Assembly: GCA_965202585.1 (NCBI GenBank)
Contig: OZ241832.1
Location: 10,106,001-10,170,000 of the forward strand
Reading direction: 5' to 3'
DNA from: Thalia democratica
Taxonomy: Eukaryota
DNA length: 64,000 nt
Shown here: positions 38,640-51,483 of the stretch, piece after piece
Layout of the letters: each line of letters starts with the position of its first letter
Numbering within the stretch: position 1 is the stretch's first letter
The notes under the pieces: model-generated
Database searches by the model: none
Seen by the model: the letters and a program-made list of their open reading frames with translations, nothing else
Told to the model about the DNA's origin: nothing
Translations under genes and position numbers: made by a program

Positions 38640-39700
38640 AAAATGATGACATGGCTGGTAGAACTTGAAAAAAAAGTACAAGTATTAAACTACAACCCTC
38701 CACTTAGCTTAACATTAAAGACAAAAATAAGAAAATAATTTCTAAAACTAGTAGATAAGCACTTCCCTAAAAACGGACCACTCAACAAAATTTTCAGTTG
38801 AAATTTAATCAAAATATGTTGTTCATGTATGCATAACGTACAATCCGAATTCACGAAATTAAATCTTAAAATCATAGAGGAAAATAATAACCATAATAAA
38901 AGTGAAAAAACTTGCAATCAAATCTACGGTCACATATAATAACAAAGAACAGTATATTGGATCCACCGCAAGAAACATTAAAAAAAAACAATGAGCTTAT
39001 GCAAAGCTTCAGAAATAAAAATCTGAGAGAATCGACAAAATTAAGTTTATTTATTCAGGCAGCTAATTTCAACTAAGATATGATCAAGAACAATGTTAAG
39101 TGGAAGATAATGCATAAAATCAATAAACGAAAAACAAGCAGAATATGCTCTCTTTGTAAATTAGAAAGTTTGGAAATAGTGTTCGATGACAAAAAATCAT
39201 CCTTTAACTCCAGAACTGAGTTAATTAGCAAATGCAGGCACTTGGCTAAATTTATTTAAAATCATTAAATTGTTATGTCCGTCTTTGTAGATTACACCAT
39301 TTTATAAGTTTGTTGCGTTTGTGCTTGTATCTTTATTGTAGTTGTACTTTATTTTTTTATTTTTATTTTATTGTACACCAGATATTTACAGTTTTTATAT
39401 ATAATTTTCATCTAACTCCAATGATTAATTGACTGATAGCTTTATAATAATTATTTATTTAGTCATTAAGAACTTTAGAATTTTATGATAATTTAACAGA
39501 CTCATTTAATTTGATCATTTTTTAATAGAAAGTAATTAGCACTAAATGTTAGCATTTAATAATAGTATATAAATAGCTTTGTCAGTTATACTTTATAGAG
39601 TTTTTATTTTGTGATCATTGCATTACTCATGAAACACCGTGTAGAACAAAAACTCTCAATTTGAAATTGTCTATTTAATGTTATATTTTTGACTCATATT
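38640..39700 (+). mobile_element. Decayed Penelope-like retroelement (3' part of ORF with GIY-YIG endonuclease + 3' region)
   Basis: Plus-strand translation with stops and frameshifts: YNPPLSLTLKTKIRK*FLKLVDKHFPKNGPLNKIFS*NLIKICCSCMHN...KTCN / QYIGSTARN...QSFRNKNLRESTKLS...KWKIM...ICSLCKLESLEI...FNSRTELISKCRHLAKF. This matches the typical PLE GIY-YIG region (recalled from family knowledge, not searched). Confidence 0.85.
39597..39657 (+). ncRNA. Degenerate minimal type-I hammerhead ribozyme motif in the PLE 3' region
   Basis: 9-bp stem AGAGTTTTT/AAAAACTCT; core GTGATCA (vs CUGAUGA); GAAAC; ACAC-C-GTGT stem III; GUA site. Confidence 0.5.
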
Positions 39701-40795
39701 TTACATTAAAAATATAAAATTTCCACGATCGAAAACTGAAGTAAAGTTCTTAACATACTTCAATTAATTTTTTAGCAATGAATTACATGTTTTTAAATAA
39801 TTTATCATTAAGTCATTAGTATTTGTAATTACTGTGCATATGTTAGTAAACATAAAATTGTCTATTTTAATTAACCAATAATCTTTGTTGTAATGTACTC
39901 TTTCTAAAAAAATCTGTTTTGCTCAACTTTTAATCTGTATTGAAATTAATGGTTAATTTTTTCACGTAATTAGCTGCTAACTAGGTATAGTAAATAATTT
40001 TTTATCACTTTATGTAGTATTTTTTTTTAATTGATTTGCAACATTTTATTTACAGTGTTATGGTTAATAATCACTTTTTCAAGTATTTATAAGTTAACAA
40101 GTTAGTTAATATACATAAGTCATTAGTATCTCCCTTGAAAAAACATTTGTTTAAGCTACATTATACAAAACTATTTCAATTTGAAAGTCTAAGTTTTTAT
40201 AAGAAAAACAAAAATGTAATGTTTTCTTGTACCGGCATTGACACATACAGAAACTTAACAAAGTTAACGCATACTAGATCTCAAATGTCATTATTAATTT
40301 TCTAAATGAAACGTTTTAAATACACTAAAGCTAATGCCAAAACAAAACTATTCAAAAGGGCATTTGTTGTGCTTAGTAAACTATTCTAAAATGCAAACTT
40401 GACAGAAGGTTTGCTGAACATCACATTCGAAACGCAAGATGTACCTACCAATTTCTATGCCTTTCATGCATATCACAAACAAAAAAATTCTTTAAAAAAC
40501 TGAAAAATTTTAAATGATATTATATTGTTTTTATAAACAAATTACAACCCTTGTTTCACACGATCAAATATAGTTTCAAAGTTCTTCTTTTGCTTTTTTG
40601 TTCAACTGAATGTATAAAAAACAAATGTTTTTATTTTTATACTTAACGATTTGTTTATTTGAATGTGGTATAAACTAAAATTAGACCAAAAAACTTGTAC
40701 ATTCAAAATCCTGGAAGAAGTTAAGAAAAGCTCGATGTTTTTAAACCTTTTGCAAATCTGAATTACTGACGTATTTAAATTTTATCTCAACTGCT

Positions 40796-40912
40796 GACGT
40801 CATTTTTAAAATCACAACTTGTAGCGTCGATTGGCTGAATATATTTTTATGTATGGTATTTACCATATAGTGCTCGATGCAGTCTAATTTCAAACAGCTT
40901 TCTAGTAGCTGT
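40796..40912 (+). repeat. Cassette copy (near consensus)
   Basis: TGACGTCATTTTTAAAATCACAACTTGTAGCGTC ... perfect palindrome; spacing 98. Confidence 0.92.
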
Positions 40913-41098
40913 AATCTATCAAAACAAACTTAATGCTAACTGCTAAAATACAGCAGATTAAAACACATAAGTATGATTTCACCATGCCAAAAAAGTTTTG
41001 TAATGTATATCACACAACAGTCCTTTCAATTTAATTTGTATAAATCGGCGATTTCATAAAGTTATAACTATGTGTTATTTTAATTGTGTACTTTAATT

Positions 41099-41141
41099 CT
41101 GGTGTACGACTCGATAACCGAAAGGTTCCTTTGTACACCAG
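41099..41141. mobile_element. Nested inverted repeat resembling a Helentron/DINE-1-type terminus
   Basis: CTGGTGTAC...GTACACCAG 9-bp stem enclosing AACC-GAAA-GGTT; T-rich left flank. Confidence 0.4.
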
Positions 41142-42383
41142 GTATTTTGACCGAACTTTTGAAATATATATAATTGTTACCTTCTACCAAAAACCTACAA
41201 AAATTAACACATTGAACAAAACTGTCCTCAATTCTAACAACTTTTTAGTGGTGCCAGTTTAGTTAAATTTATTTTAAAAATATAACTACTGCAGATAGTT
41301 ATAACTAACTCAACAACTAACTTTATGGTTTCAAATAAGAAAAATCGATACAGTAACCTCTTACATCTTTACGCACTTCTGACAATACGCACTCTCGTTT
41401 TGTTACGTACTTAAGAGTTCTAAAATATTTAAAAAATAACTTAACTTTTATATAATGCACATATTAGGTTTATTTTATATATATTATTTAAACTATGTTT
41501 TTAAATGCTAAGTCACCTCTATATATTTAGACTTTGTAAACTGATGTTCCTTGACTAATTGATAAACATATATCACAAATTTTATTAACAATAAGAAATT
41601 AGACTAGAGTTTTGAAAGAAACATGACTGTGGTAAATAATAAAAGTATAACAAAAAAATGATATTGTAAAACACAAATAAATAATACATCATTCTTGCCC
41701 TATATATGAAAACACATCTAAAAAGATCTTCTACTTCAGTCAACTGGTTCGTTTTTAAATCAACTTTTAAAAAAGAATTTCTCAGTAAGAAGTAAGAAGA
41801 AATCTTTTAAAGCACATAATGCATATTTATGTAAAAGGCTATAGATAAAAATTTCAATATAGACACCACACTATTTCTTTATTGTAAACGAATGCTTAAT
41901 AATAAACTGAATTTGCCAGGTAGAATAGAATATAAATGTTAAATATCAAAAATGTCACAAAAAATTAAGGTTATAAATAAAATCTACTTACTATCAAATT
42001 TAGTAAACATCTTTTACAAGTATAATTATTTTTAAAGTTTTAAATATTTTTTATTAGTATATGTATAGTTTTATCTTTTGATTCCACATTTGTAAAAATA
42101 TAAAACAAATTGTTAAATATTGGAAAGTGCCCAGTCTGCTTCTAACTAGAAGCAATATCAAAAACAGTCATTATGGTAAGTATATTTGGTAACTCTCGTA
42201 TTTTTACGATCTTTCGTATCTTTACGCATTTTTTCTGTGGACACAATGTGTGTTAATAAGTAAGAGGTTGCTGTACTTCTCAAATGACTACGTCACATCG
42301 TAGACTTACAAAAAATAGTTGTAACCAGCAATATATATTCTAAGTGATTTTTAATTTTTTCTATATTGTGGGTAGCTGTTTGA

Positions 42384-42948
42384 TTTGCACGAGAGGACAA
42401 AGTTGCACGAGTAAGCGAAATTGCACGAAGATACTTCTGCACGAAGATAGTTTGCATGAGGGGACAAAACTCGATAAAGAGAATTTTGAACGAAGATACT
42501 TTTGAATGAAGACTCTTTGCACAAGCAGACAGTTTTGCACGGAGACAGTTTTTTACGGTTTTATTTATTTATTTTTCTTACTAATATTATAAATTTTTTT
42601 TTGATACCACTTTTACCATTAACCCTCACCCTCGGTCAATATTTTTTTTTACATTCATTTTTACCCCTTACCCTTAACCTCGGTCGTTAGCTTTTTTTTA
42701 ATTATTTTTTTTAATTTTTAATAATTTCTTTTCTTCTATCACTGTTACTCTTAACCCTTACCCTCGGTCAGTAACTTTTTTTATTGTTTTTACTAAATAA
42801 GTTTTTAGTTTTTTTTTTTGTTTCTGTAATTTATAATTTTCGTCCAAGAAAGTAACTCGTGCAAAATTGACCCTTGGTGCAAAATCGTCTTCATGCAATT
42901 TTGTTCCCTCGTGCAATTATGTCTTTGTGCAATTTTGACTCGTTGTCA
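42384..42948. mobile_element. Non-autonomous inverted-repeat element (TGCACGA/TCGTGCA family)
   Basis: Left arm TTGCACGAG repeats, right arm TCGTGCAA repeats, internal ACCCTCACCCTCGGTC units; fragment also at ~3650-3720. Confidence 0.8.
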
Positions 42949-45189
42949 TGTATAGTAGTTTGTAGTTTAAACAACTTTGTATAAGCTAAAACTTTTAAAA
43001 AGGATATTATTTGAAAACAAGTATTCTCTGAAAGGGTAGTTATGATAGAAATCTATTACAAACAAAATGTGTACTTAACACTTAAACTGTTAAATTCAAA
43101 TCGTATAGTAAATTTCTATAGCTTAATTATTTAAATTTTACAAGTTCTTTTAAATTAACGAATGCTATATTTCAAAATTTATATTTAAGTAGCGTAAAAC
43201 TTATAAAACTTTTGCTTAAAACCTGACATATACACTTTCATAAGCATAATAGTTCACATTTCCATATAACTATACAAGAAAAGAAACACAAAAACTTGTA
43301 ATTCGTGAAATTATATTTCAAAATAGTTTATATATTATTAGTATAAGTTATTTAAAACGTTTATTTTATACAACCAAATATGGTACTAAAGTGGTTCTTT
43401 ATGTTTTGAGTTTGAGCTTAACTAAAAGTTGAAAATAAAACTCAGTAGACTTAAAATAAATTTTGTTAGTTAGGTTGTTTTGTTTAAGTTATTAAAATAC
43501 AAATTATTATGAACAAAGCTTGTTGCGAGTAAATAGACGTGTATAAGTTTTAGATTATGGTAATTAAAATAAAATAAAACTTATCCTTAATTTTTAATGT
43601 TTGTAATTAAAGTTGAATACTTAGCTTGTTTCATAATAAAGCATTTGATAATGCTTGGAAGTAACGAGTTTTTTTTTAAATTTAATTATTATTATTTTTT
43701 TTTTAATTTAAAATTTGTTTTGTAAATAGAACTTGTTAGTTACCATAAAACTGTAAATGAAAATTAGGTAGATGTTACGTTTATTGTATAAAGTAGTATA
43801 ATTATTTAATTTTAGAAGTATGAAAGTAATACTTTTGCTTTTTTTAATATAAAAGATGAAACTGTCTAAAGATAAAAAACAAATTTTATTCACAATACTT
43901 AAACTAGTTAATGTTTCTTATGAAATGATGAAATAACTTAATTGTTACAAAAAATGTTAAAATAACTTTTGTTGATACAAATACATGTGTAAGGCTGTAC
44001 CCTAATCAAGTTATGAAATGTTAATTTGATAGTAAATTGAAAGTTTATGTTTTTTTATCTACATAATAAACCAATTGATCCTTTTAAACTAAACATTTCT
44101 CAATTGTCTACGTCATATTATAAAACCAAAACAGGTTTCTTCAACGTGATATGAAGAAACCGACTGTGATATTATTGAAAGTTCACACAAGCGTTATAAA
44201 TGTTAACGATTAATGTTAACGAAACGTTAACGATTAATCTCTGCTGACAAAATTTATTATAAGAGTTAAATTCTTTTGATAGCTAAGTTTGTTTTTAGTA
44301 ATTTGGCCTAATGAATAGATTTGATGATTATTCTTTACACATAAAACTTTTATTAAGCTTATCAAGTTTTTAATATGGACAAGTTCAATCATGTAATATT
44401 AATCATATGGAAAAAATTATTTTGATGTTCACTATTTTTGTAAAAATTGTTTTTGTTTCTAGCTTATATACATTTTTACGATTTAATTTGATTCCTTAAT
44501 CACTTATTGTCTACTTAAAAAAAATATTTCCCTGAGAAGAGTATACGATTAAACTTTGTGAATGAAATCAATTGGTAGATTACTTACCTTAAATTATAAT
44601 AAAGTAAACAGTAATTTTAGAAAATTAAAGTTTGTATATAAGTATATATATATATATATAAATATGTGTTCAAAATAATTTAAATGTTTTCCACTGAGCC
44701 CACTTGAAGGTCTTCTAAATAGTTTATTAAGAATTTTCGATCAATCATAATCTATATTAATTTCAAACCATACTAGCTGAAAGCATTTTATTTCATGAAA
44801 CATATTCTCTTTTTTTTCATGTCGACTTTTCTTAATAAAAAATAATAGAGTATGTTTAAAAATATTGATATATTGCATAATTTACTTAATATATTATTAT
44901 ATTTAATTAAAAAGTATGTATAGTACTACGAGATTTTAAATTGTTAAAATTTATCAACCAACCAACGCTTAGTATTTAAAAACCTAATGAAAATATGATT
45001 TTGAAAAAGAAATAAAATAAACATGTTGGTAAAATTATTTTAGTCGTTTCTATTAACTTAATAAGATAATAAGTTTGTTTCTAAGTATTAAACCCTTTTT
45101 GTAATAAAACTATTTTGAACAAAAATTTTTCAAAAAAAGATAAATTTCCCAACAGCATTAAATAATTCTAATAGAGTTTTTTAAGTGCC

Positions 45190-45314
45190 TATGTCACATT
45201 ATAAATAAGTATGTACATGTAGTTTTAAAATTTTTTAATATATATACCAAATGTAATTGCAGTAAAATATTCTGGAAATAGCATAATATTTTTAAAGAGC
45301 TTTCTAGTAGCTGT
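45190..45314 (+). repeat. Cassette copy
   Basis: TATGTCACATTATAAA..ACATGTAGTT ... AGAGCTTTCTAGTAGCTGT; spacing 106. Confidence 0.82.
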
Positions 45315-45367
45315 GGTTAATTTGTTTAACTTTCAATAATTGTGAAATTACTCTTTTTTTTATTGCT

Positions 45368-45485
45368 TACGTCACAACAAAATATTAAAAATAAAATTTA
45401 GCTTCAACGTATTGAATGTTAATCAATTCTTAGTGACAATTTTCAGTTTAATATATATAAATTAAAACAGCTTTTTATTAGCTAA
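45368..45485 (+). repeat. Cassette copy
   Basis: TTACGTCAC..TAGCTTCAACG ... ACAGCT-N7-AGCTAA; spacing 99. Confidence 0.8.
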
Positions 45486-46076
45486 AGTTCACAACGGTTT
45501 GATGAGTATTTTTGCTCATTGAATGCAGCTAATAAGTGCAAACCTATTGAAACAGCAAAAATTTATTTATATAAATAAACAACAACTTTCACGACAATAC
45601 GGTAAAAATTACAAAATTGGTTGAAAATTTTAAAAATTTGATATTCTTGTCTTAAAAAACTAGTTGGTACTGTTCAACACAACTTATGTGAATTGTTAGA
45701 ACAAGACGTAATTTTTGTATTATAAGCATTAAAAATAACTATTGTTATTGTTTGAGATATATAATTTATATTTTGACAAGCAAATAGTTTTAAAACAATT
45801 ACTTTTTATCACAGTTATCATTTTCATGATAGCAATTTATGTCATACAACAATTTTAAATATACTATCAATACATTATTAAACAAAATCTTAATATTTAA
45901 TATTATGTAATGATATATATTTGATAGTTTGTGAAGATCAGAAGTATCAAACCTTGCATCAAATGCTATCTGAAACCTAGTTGTGAATAAGTAAACGTCT
46001 AATAAAGATTAAAAACTTATACATTTTGTTATGTTATTGTATAAAGAGTGTAAAATCTATGAGTTTTAAGAAACTT

Positions 46077-46188
46077 ACAGCTACTGGAAAGCTGTTTAAA
46101 AGTGTAGATTTACCATAAATAAATGAATCGGAAATCGTTTAATATACAACAATTAAAGCTACATACTAAGGTTTTATAACTTGACATA
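46077..46188 (-). repeat. Cassette copy
   Basis: ACAGCTACTGGAAAGCTGT ... AAAGCTACAT..TTTTATAACTTGACATAG; spacing 93. Confidence 0.85.
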
Positions 46189-46423
46189 GGTGAACGAAAG
46201 ATAAGTTTATAAATATAACAACTAACTGAAGATAAAGAAAACTCTTTTTGATAATTTACCAATAAAGGTTTTTTAATGATTTGAGGTGCATAGAAGTATC
46301 AAAATTTTTATGTTACTTATTTTTTATGAGGAATATAAGTATAAGTTATTTTCTATTTGATTTTGAACTGGTTTTAATGTGCGAACACAAGCATCAAATT
46401 GTTGCAAACTTAATTTTTTTATT

Positions 46424-46542
46424 ACAGCTACTAAGAAGCTGTTTAAAACTGTTCTGTTATAAACCACTGCAAGTTATGAGAATACACTCGGTCTATATAC
46501 AAAACGTTAAAGCTACATCGTGTGTTTTTATATTCTAACGTA
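46424..46542 (-). repeat. Cassette copy (near consensus)
   Basis: ACAGCT-N7-AGCTGT ... ACACTCGGTCTATATACAAAACGTTAAAGCTACA ... AACGTAAGCAATT; spacing 100. Confidence 0.92.
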
Positions 46543-47974
46543 AGCAATTATGAAATTTTATTAAGTATTAAGTAAGCTTTATTCTAGTAAATACTGGTGA
46601 AAACATATATCTTGTATTTATTAATTTCAAATAATTTGATTACTAGAAGGGTAGAAAATTATCAACACTTTTAACATTTCCAGTACAACATTTCCTCGCT
46701 AATCTGGCTGTGTTAGGCAAGCTTTTTTGTAAACATATCTAGATTAACCTTTAGCCGTATAAAAGCAAAACTTCGTTTAGTCTTTATATGATATATCTAC
46801 TTGATTTTATGCAGTTAATACAAAAAAATGTACACTAAGTTTTCTATTTATGTAGTTTATAGTATTTTTTCACAAACAATACGATTAAAACAAATTGAAA
46901 TAAACAAAAATATCTTGGAAATTTAAAACTCAGTTGATCGAAAACAAATCACACCGTAAACAATTCATTTTACTTACAATAATTGGTTTCAGTTTTAGCT
47001 GAAATAATTTCTCAACTGGAACCGACCGGATTTGAGAAAACAGGATAGACAAGGATGCATTGTACTAACTAAAAAAGATAATAACTACTGAAGTAATTTA
47101 TTAACATATTTGTTTTAATTACAATTCAAAATCGGTTTTTTATCTAGTTTTTTAGTGTCGAACATTGGTTAATTGATAAACCTAAACTATATGATTCTTT
47201 GCGGTTATATACGTATTTTAGTTCTTAGCATACCAGTTTATTACGTAAAGTTACTTAGAAATGAATTTGATAAAATTTTATTGAGATTTAATTAGTATTT
47301 AAACTCTATATATTGTTTTATACCGATTATAGGGTTTAAAATTTGAAATATATTTCGAGTTTAAGTCCTTTTCAGTTTTTGGATCCAAACAATTTTTTAA
47401 AATAAAAGTTTTGCCAGATTAGGAGTCAGATATTTGATTAAGTAGATCAAAACGAATTAGTTTTTATTACTCATAAAACTTTATTTACACATTTTATCAT
47501 TTACTTAATTGTAAAAAATTGTTACAATTCTAGTCCGAATAGTAACTACAAAAAAAATAAATAATATCTATAAATTTTCTTCTCAAAAAAGTTTATGAAC
47601 AAAACTAGTTTAACTTAACATTAAGGTTTACATATAATTTTAATACAATATAAATTACTATAAAGGGTGTAAAAATCAAAACCAACTTAAAAACAAAAAG
47701 TATTTTTTCTTGCCAAGCTTAAAGATTAATAGCAAAATGTTGTATTTGACATATTTGTTAATAAAAATATTTATAATAGCCATGTAAATCGTCAAACTTT
47801 TCAATTAAGTTCAAAAACTATTTTACTATCATAATCTTTTCAACAAGATGTACAATCGCTTTTTTAGTACATGTTACTATATTTTAACAGTTTTAAACAT
47901 ATTTTAACAATGTTGAGTTGTTGTAAAACCCATCGGAAAATATAATACATCTCTAAGTCCAAATGAAAAAATAT

Positions 47975-48093
47975 ACATTTATTAATAGGCTGTTTAAAAA
48001 TATGACACTTATTCCAAAACTTTTTAGTTAAGTCATACTCGGTCTATATAAAAAACACAAAAGCTATATGTTGTAGTACTCTATTGTGACTTA
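47975..48093 (-). repeat. Cassette copy
   Basis: GGCTGTTTAAAA ... ACTCGGTCTATATA..AAGCTATATGTTGTAG..TGTGACTTA; spacing 100. Confidence 0.75.
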
Positions 48094-48333
48094 GGTTCTT
48101 AAGAGATAGCAAGTTTATATCCATACGACTAAAGTTGATAAAAAAAAGGTAGAATGTAACACATAAAATCTCACAGAATTATAACGTTTAAAAAGTTCTG
48201 TTTTATAAAAAATTAAAACAGGAAATAATTTAGTTAAACACATCACAAAACTTAGCCAGCATGCTGATCTCATACTTTTGTTTTTAAGCCTGCTGTATAT
48301 TAGCAGTTAGCATTGAATTTGTTTAAATAGATT

Positions 48334-48458
48334 AGATCTACTTGAAATCTGTCTGAAATTAGAATGCATCAAGTGCTAGATGATAAGATGATCATATATC
48401 AGAATAAAATATATTCTACCCATTGATGCTACACGTAGTGATTTTAACAAATGACGTG
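48334..48458 (-). repeat. Cassette copy
   Basis: Inverted paralogue of the 40796 copy including flanks; spacing 106. Confidence 0.75.
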
Positions 48459-48759
48459 AGTAATTGATATTAGTTTTGAATACAAGTAACTCAGGTTTCC
48501 TAAAGGTTCAAAAAATTGAGTTTTTTTCTGAACTTCTTCAATGATTTTGTATCTACAAGTTTTTGATCAACTTTTAGTATAAACGACACTCAACGAAAAA
48601 AAAGATTAGTATAAAACTATGAGGGCGTATATAATGTTGATTGAAGCTACTTGTTGTCAGAATACGATGTTACGTGAAATATAGGCTAGTTTGATTTAAA
48701 CTATCAAATTAATAGGTATTAAAATATTTATTTCATATACTTACTTGAAAACAAAAATA

Positions 48760-49070
48760 TTTTATTTTTAATGTAACTGTGTTTTAAAAAATGCTATTAA
48801 AGTATTATTTAATTTAATACTTTTATTTGTAAATATTTAATGTTAAAATAATAATTATTAGATTTTTTTTTATTTTTACTGTTATTTATTCTATATGATT
48901 ACTATTAATATTATTATTGTTTATTTTGCTATTATTATCAATTTTATTTGTTTTGATTTATTTCATTTATTGTTGTTTAAATTTTTATAAATATTATTAC
49001 TATTATTGTTCTTATTACTACATTAATAACCATTATACATATTATTATTGATTTAATTGTTTTTACGTAA
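48760..49070. repeat. Degenerate (ATT/TTA)n low-complexity tract
   Basis: Runs of ATTATTATTG-like units; similar tract at ~57100-57310. Confidence 0.7.
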
Positions 49071-49168
49071 TTGAAAGTATGATAATTGATCATATCTCGC
49101 TTAGTTTGCATTTTTGAACTTAATCCGAAGTTCGAAGTCATTTTTAAGTTTGATACCTAAAAAATTTT

Positions 49169-49286
49169 ACACCTACTAGAAAAATTTAACAAACTGAAGG
49201 TAAAAAATACAACAATACTAATGTTATCGAACATAATATATATATAACATGTTGAACTACATGTTGTGGTTTCATAATTTGGCATA
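49169..49286 (-). repeat. Cassette copy
   Basis: ACACCTACTAGAAAAATTT ... TGTTGAACTACATGTTGTGGTTTCATAATTTGGCATAGGC; spacing 99. Confidence 0.72.
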
Positions 49287-50065
49287 GGCAACCAAGAGAT
49301 AATTTATATTTAAAACTTATGATAAAAAACGATAAATTTTAAAAGCTAATGGATATTATAAGGTAAAAACTAGAAAAAACCTTAATACTAGTATATGCAT
49401 AGAAATATTACAGTTAAATATAAACAATTAAACGTTAAATGCTTTCAACATAAACATGTATACAGTTTCAAACAACAGTAATTAGACAAATGCTTATTCT
49501 TGACATCATAAATAAAGCAAACAAATGCTTTAAACATTGATCCGATATAAAAATGTAGCTACGTTGTTTATCTAACACACATCGGTTCAGCCGAATTTTA
49601 AGTCGTGTAAACGGCTATTTGTAAAATCTTATAATTATTTTATTTAGTATCATTTAATCAAACGCTAACTATTTTCTAGATTTTATGTACAGTTATTTGT
49701 CTTAATTTAAAAGATTTCTCGATTTACTGAAATGTAAAGCGCTTAATTAAATAAAGATGGGAAAATTAAAAATCTTATTTACAAACAGGTTTCGATGAAA
49801 GTTTACAACTTTATTTTATCTGATAAGGTTGCAAGTTTTTTGTCACCGAAACTTAGTAGTGATTGTAATGTTTAATGTGCATATCTTTATTTAAATATCT
49901 TTTATGTATAAACAATATATTAATTTACAAATTTATAGAAGTTTACAACTATTTTGCCTTTTAAAGAAATTTTACAGCTCTTCTTATTTAAGTAAACTGA
50001 AAGTTTTAGTAGCAAACAAAGGTTATGGGTTATCAGCAAACGCTTGCTTTATGTAAATGCAAATC

Positions 50066-50160
50066 AAGCCGTTTGTAGATTGATGACTGCAGGATTTTCG
50101 GTCGTGACTGACTGGCGAGTTCTTAAAAGAACGAAACCAATCTCAGTCTACCAAAGGCTT
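50066..50160 (+). ncRNA. Minimal type-I hammerhead ribozyme motif (near intact)
   Basis: GACTGA | CTGGCGA | GTTCT-TAAA-AGAAC | GAAAC CAA TC | TCAGTC: stem I 6 bp, stem II 5 bp with the G-C closing pair, minimal stem III, NUH=AUC at 50140-50142. Deviation: G in place of conserved A6. Confidence 0.65.
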
Positions 50161-50656
50161 GTGGTCTAATGTTTTTGAATTCCAAACTTAATCTAAAGTA
50201 GAAATTGACAGTAAATTAAAACTAATTCTTTAAATTTATTTTGAGTTAAACTTAAACACCTATAACAATGTAAAAGAAGTTTAAAAGCAAATACATTACT
50301 ATATTTAGAAAATATTGATTTTTTTAATGACCGTGAAAATTAACAATTTTTTTAAGATTCAAGTTAAAACCTATATGAAGACAAATAATACAATCGTCAT
50401 AATAAAAATATTGACAAGTATTTTAAAATAACTTTTTGGTTTTAATATTAGTACACTGCGCAGTATACAAATTAGTATTTATGCAATTATAGTTTCATAA
50501 AACTTATATTTACAAAGATTTTCTCAACTGTTTTTAAATTAACTAAAATGCTTGATACTTCTTAACTTTTCAAAATATCTTGTATACATAAATAGTTAAC
50601 TAAATATAGAGAGTGAAATGGTAGCAGTTAACGATAAATTTAATTTTTTTCTCATT

Positions 50657-50775
50657 TACGTCACTTTATGAAACCACAACTTGTAGTTTCAATATGTAAA
50701 TTATATAGTGTTACATAATTACTTATGTTAGTTCATATTGTTGTCGATATTTTTCAATAGCAATCTCGTAACTGT
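50657..50775 (+). repeat. Cassette copy
   Basis: TTACGTCACTTTATGAAACCACAACTTGTAGTTTC ... ATAGCA-N7-AACTGT; spacing 100. Confidence 0.78.
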
Positions 50776-51356
50776 AATCCACTTAAACAAACTTATTACT
50801 GACTTTGTTTTAATGTGGCCTAATATCTAGTATAAGTTTTGTAAATACTTAAATAAAAAATCATTAAAAATGTCTGTAAGAAAAACTTGTTATGTCGGCT
50901 TTGCAGACACTTTTTGTAATAAACAAGTCTTAAAAATTTATATAATGTTGTTTGTGAAGCATTCAGTTTTATAAACGAGCAAGTCAAATATTAAACGCAT
51001 TAAACAAAGTTTAATAAAAGTAAGTGATCTTTAAAACTCCGCATTAAGAGTCCAAAAATTATAGTTTAAAGAACTAATCAGTAAATTTTTCCATGTTTAT
51101 TTCTCATACCTAAAATTTAACGGTTTTTTATAAGTGCAACGCAGTGTTTAAATTACAAATCAAATTGAGTTAAATACTATTTTTATTAGATATTACGTTT
51201 GTATTACCCAGCACTTGTATGATAATAGAAATATCTTAATATAGCAGATCGGTAGAATATAAATATAGTAGAAATAAAAAAGTGATTTGCCTACCTCGAG
51301 TCCAAAAAAAAAAAAAATGAAAGTTAACGCAAATGATTGTAAGTTTGAAAAAAATT

Positions 51357-51483
51357 ACAGCTACCAGAAATCTTGTTGAAATCACAAGAAATATTTTACT
51401 TTCTAAAGTATCAAAATTGCTTAAACTCGGTTAATATATATAAATTGATGAAGCTACGTGTTTTAATTTTAATATGTGACGTA
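51357..51483 (-). repeat. Cassette copy
   Basis: TTACAGCTACCAGAAA ... ACTCGGTTAATATATA..GAAGCTACG..ATGTGACGTAAGCAATT; spacing 108. Confidence 0.85.

Noticed and set aside
46428-46539. Cassettes as exons (ttacAG|CTACTAGAAAGC ... ATGTGAC|GTAAG looks like acceptor/donor on the opposite strand)
   Set aside because: Copies lie on both strands, implied lengths (mostly 109-113 nt) are not frame-preserving, and stops recur in all frames, so this is not a Dscam-like exon array. Non-coding exon use cannot be excluded without RNA-seq.
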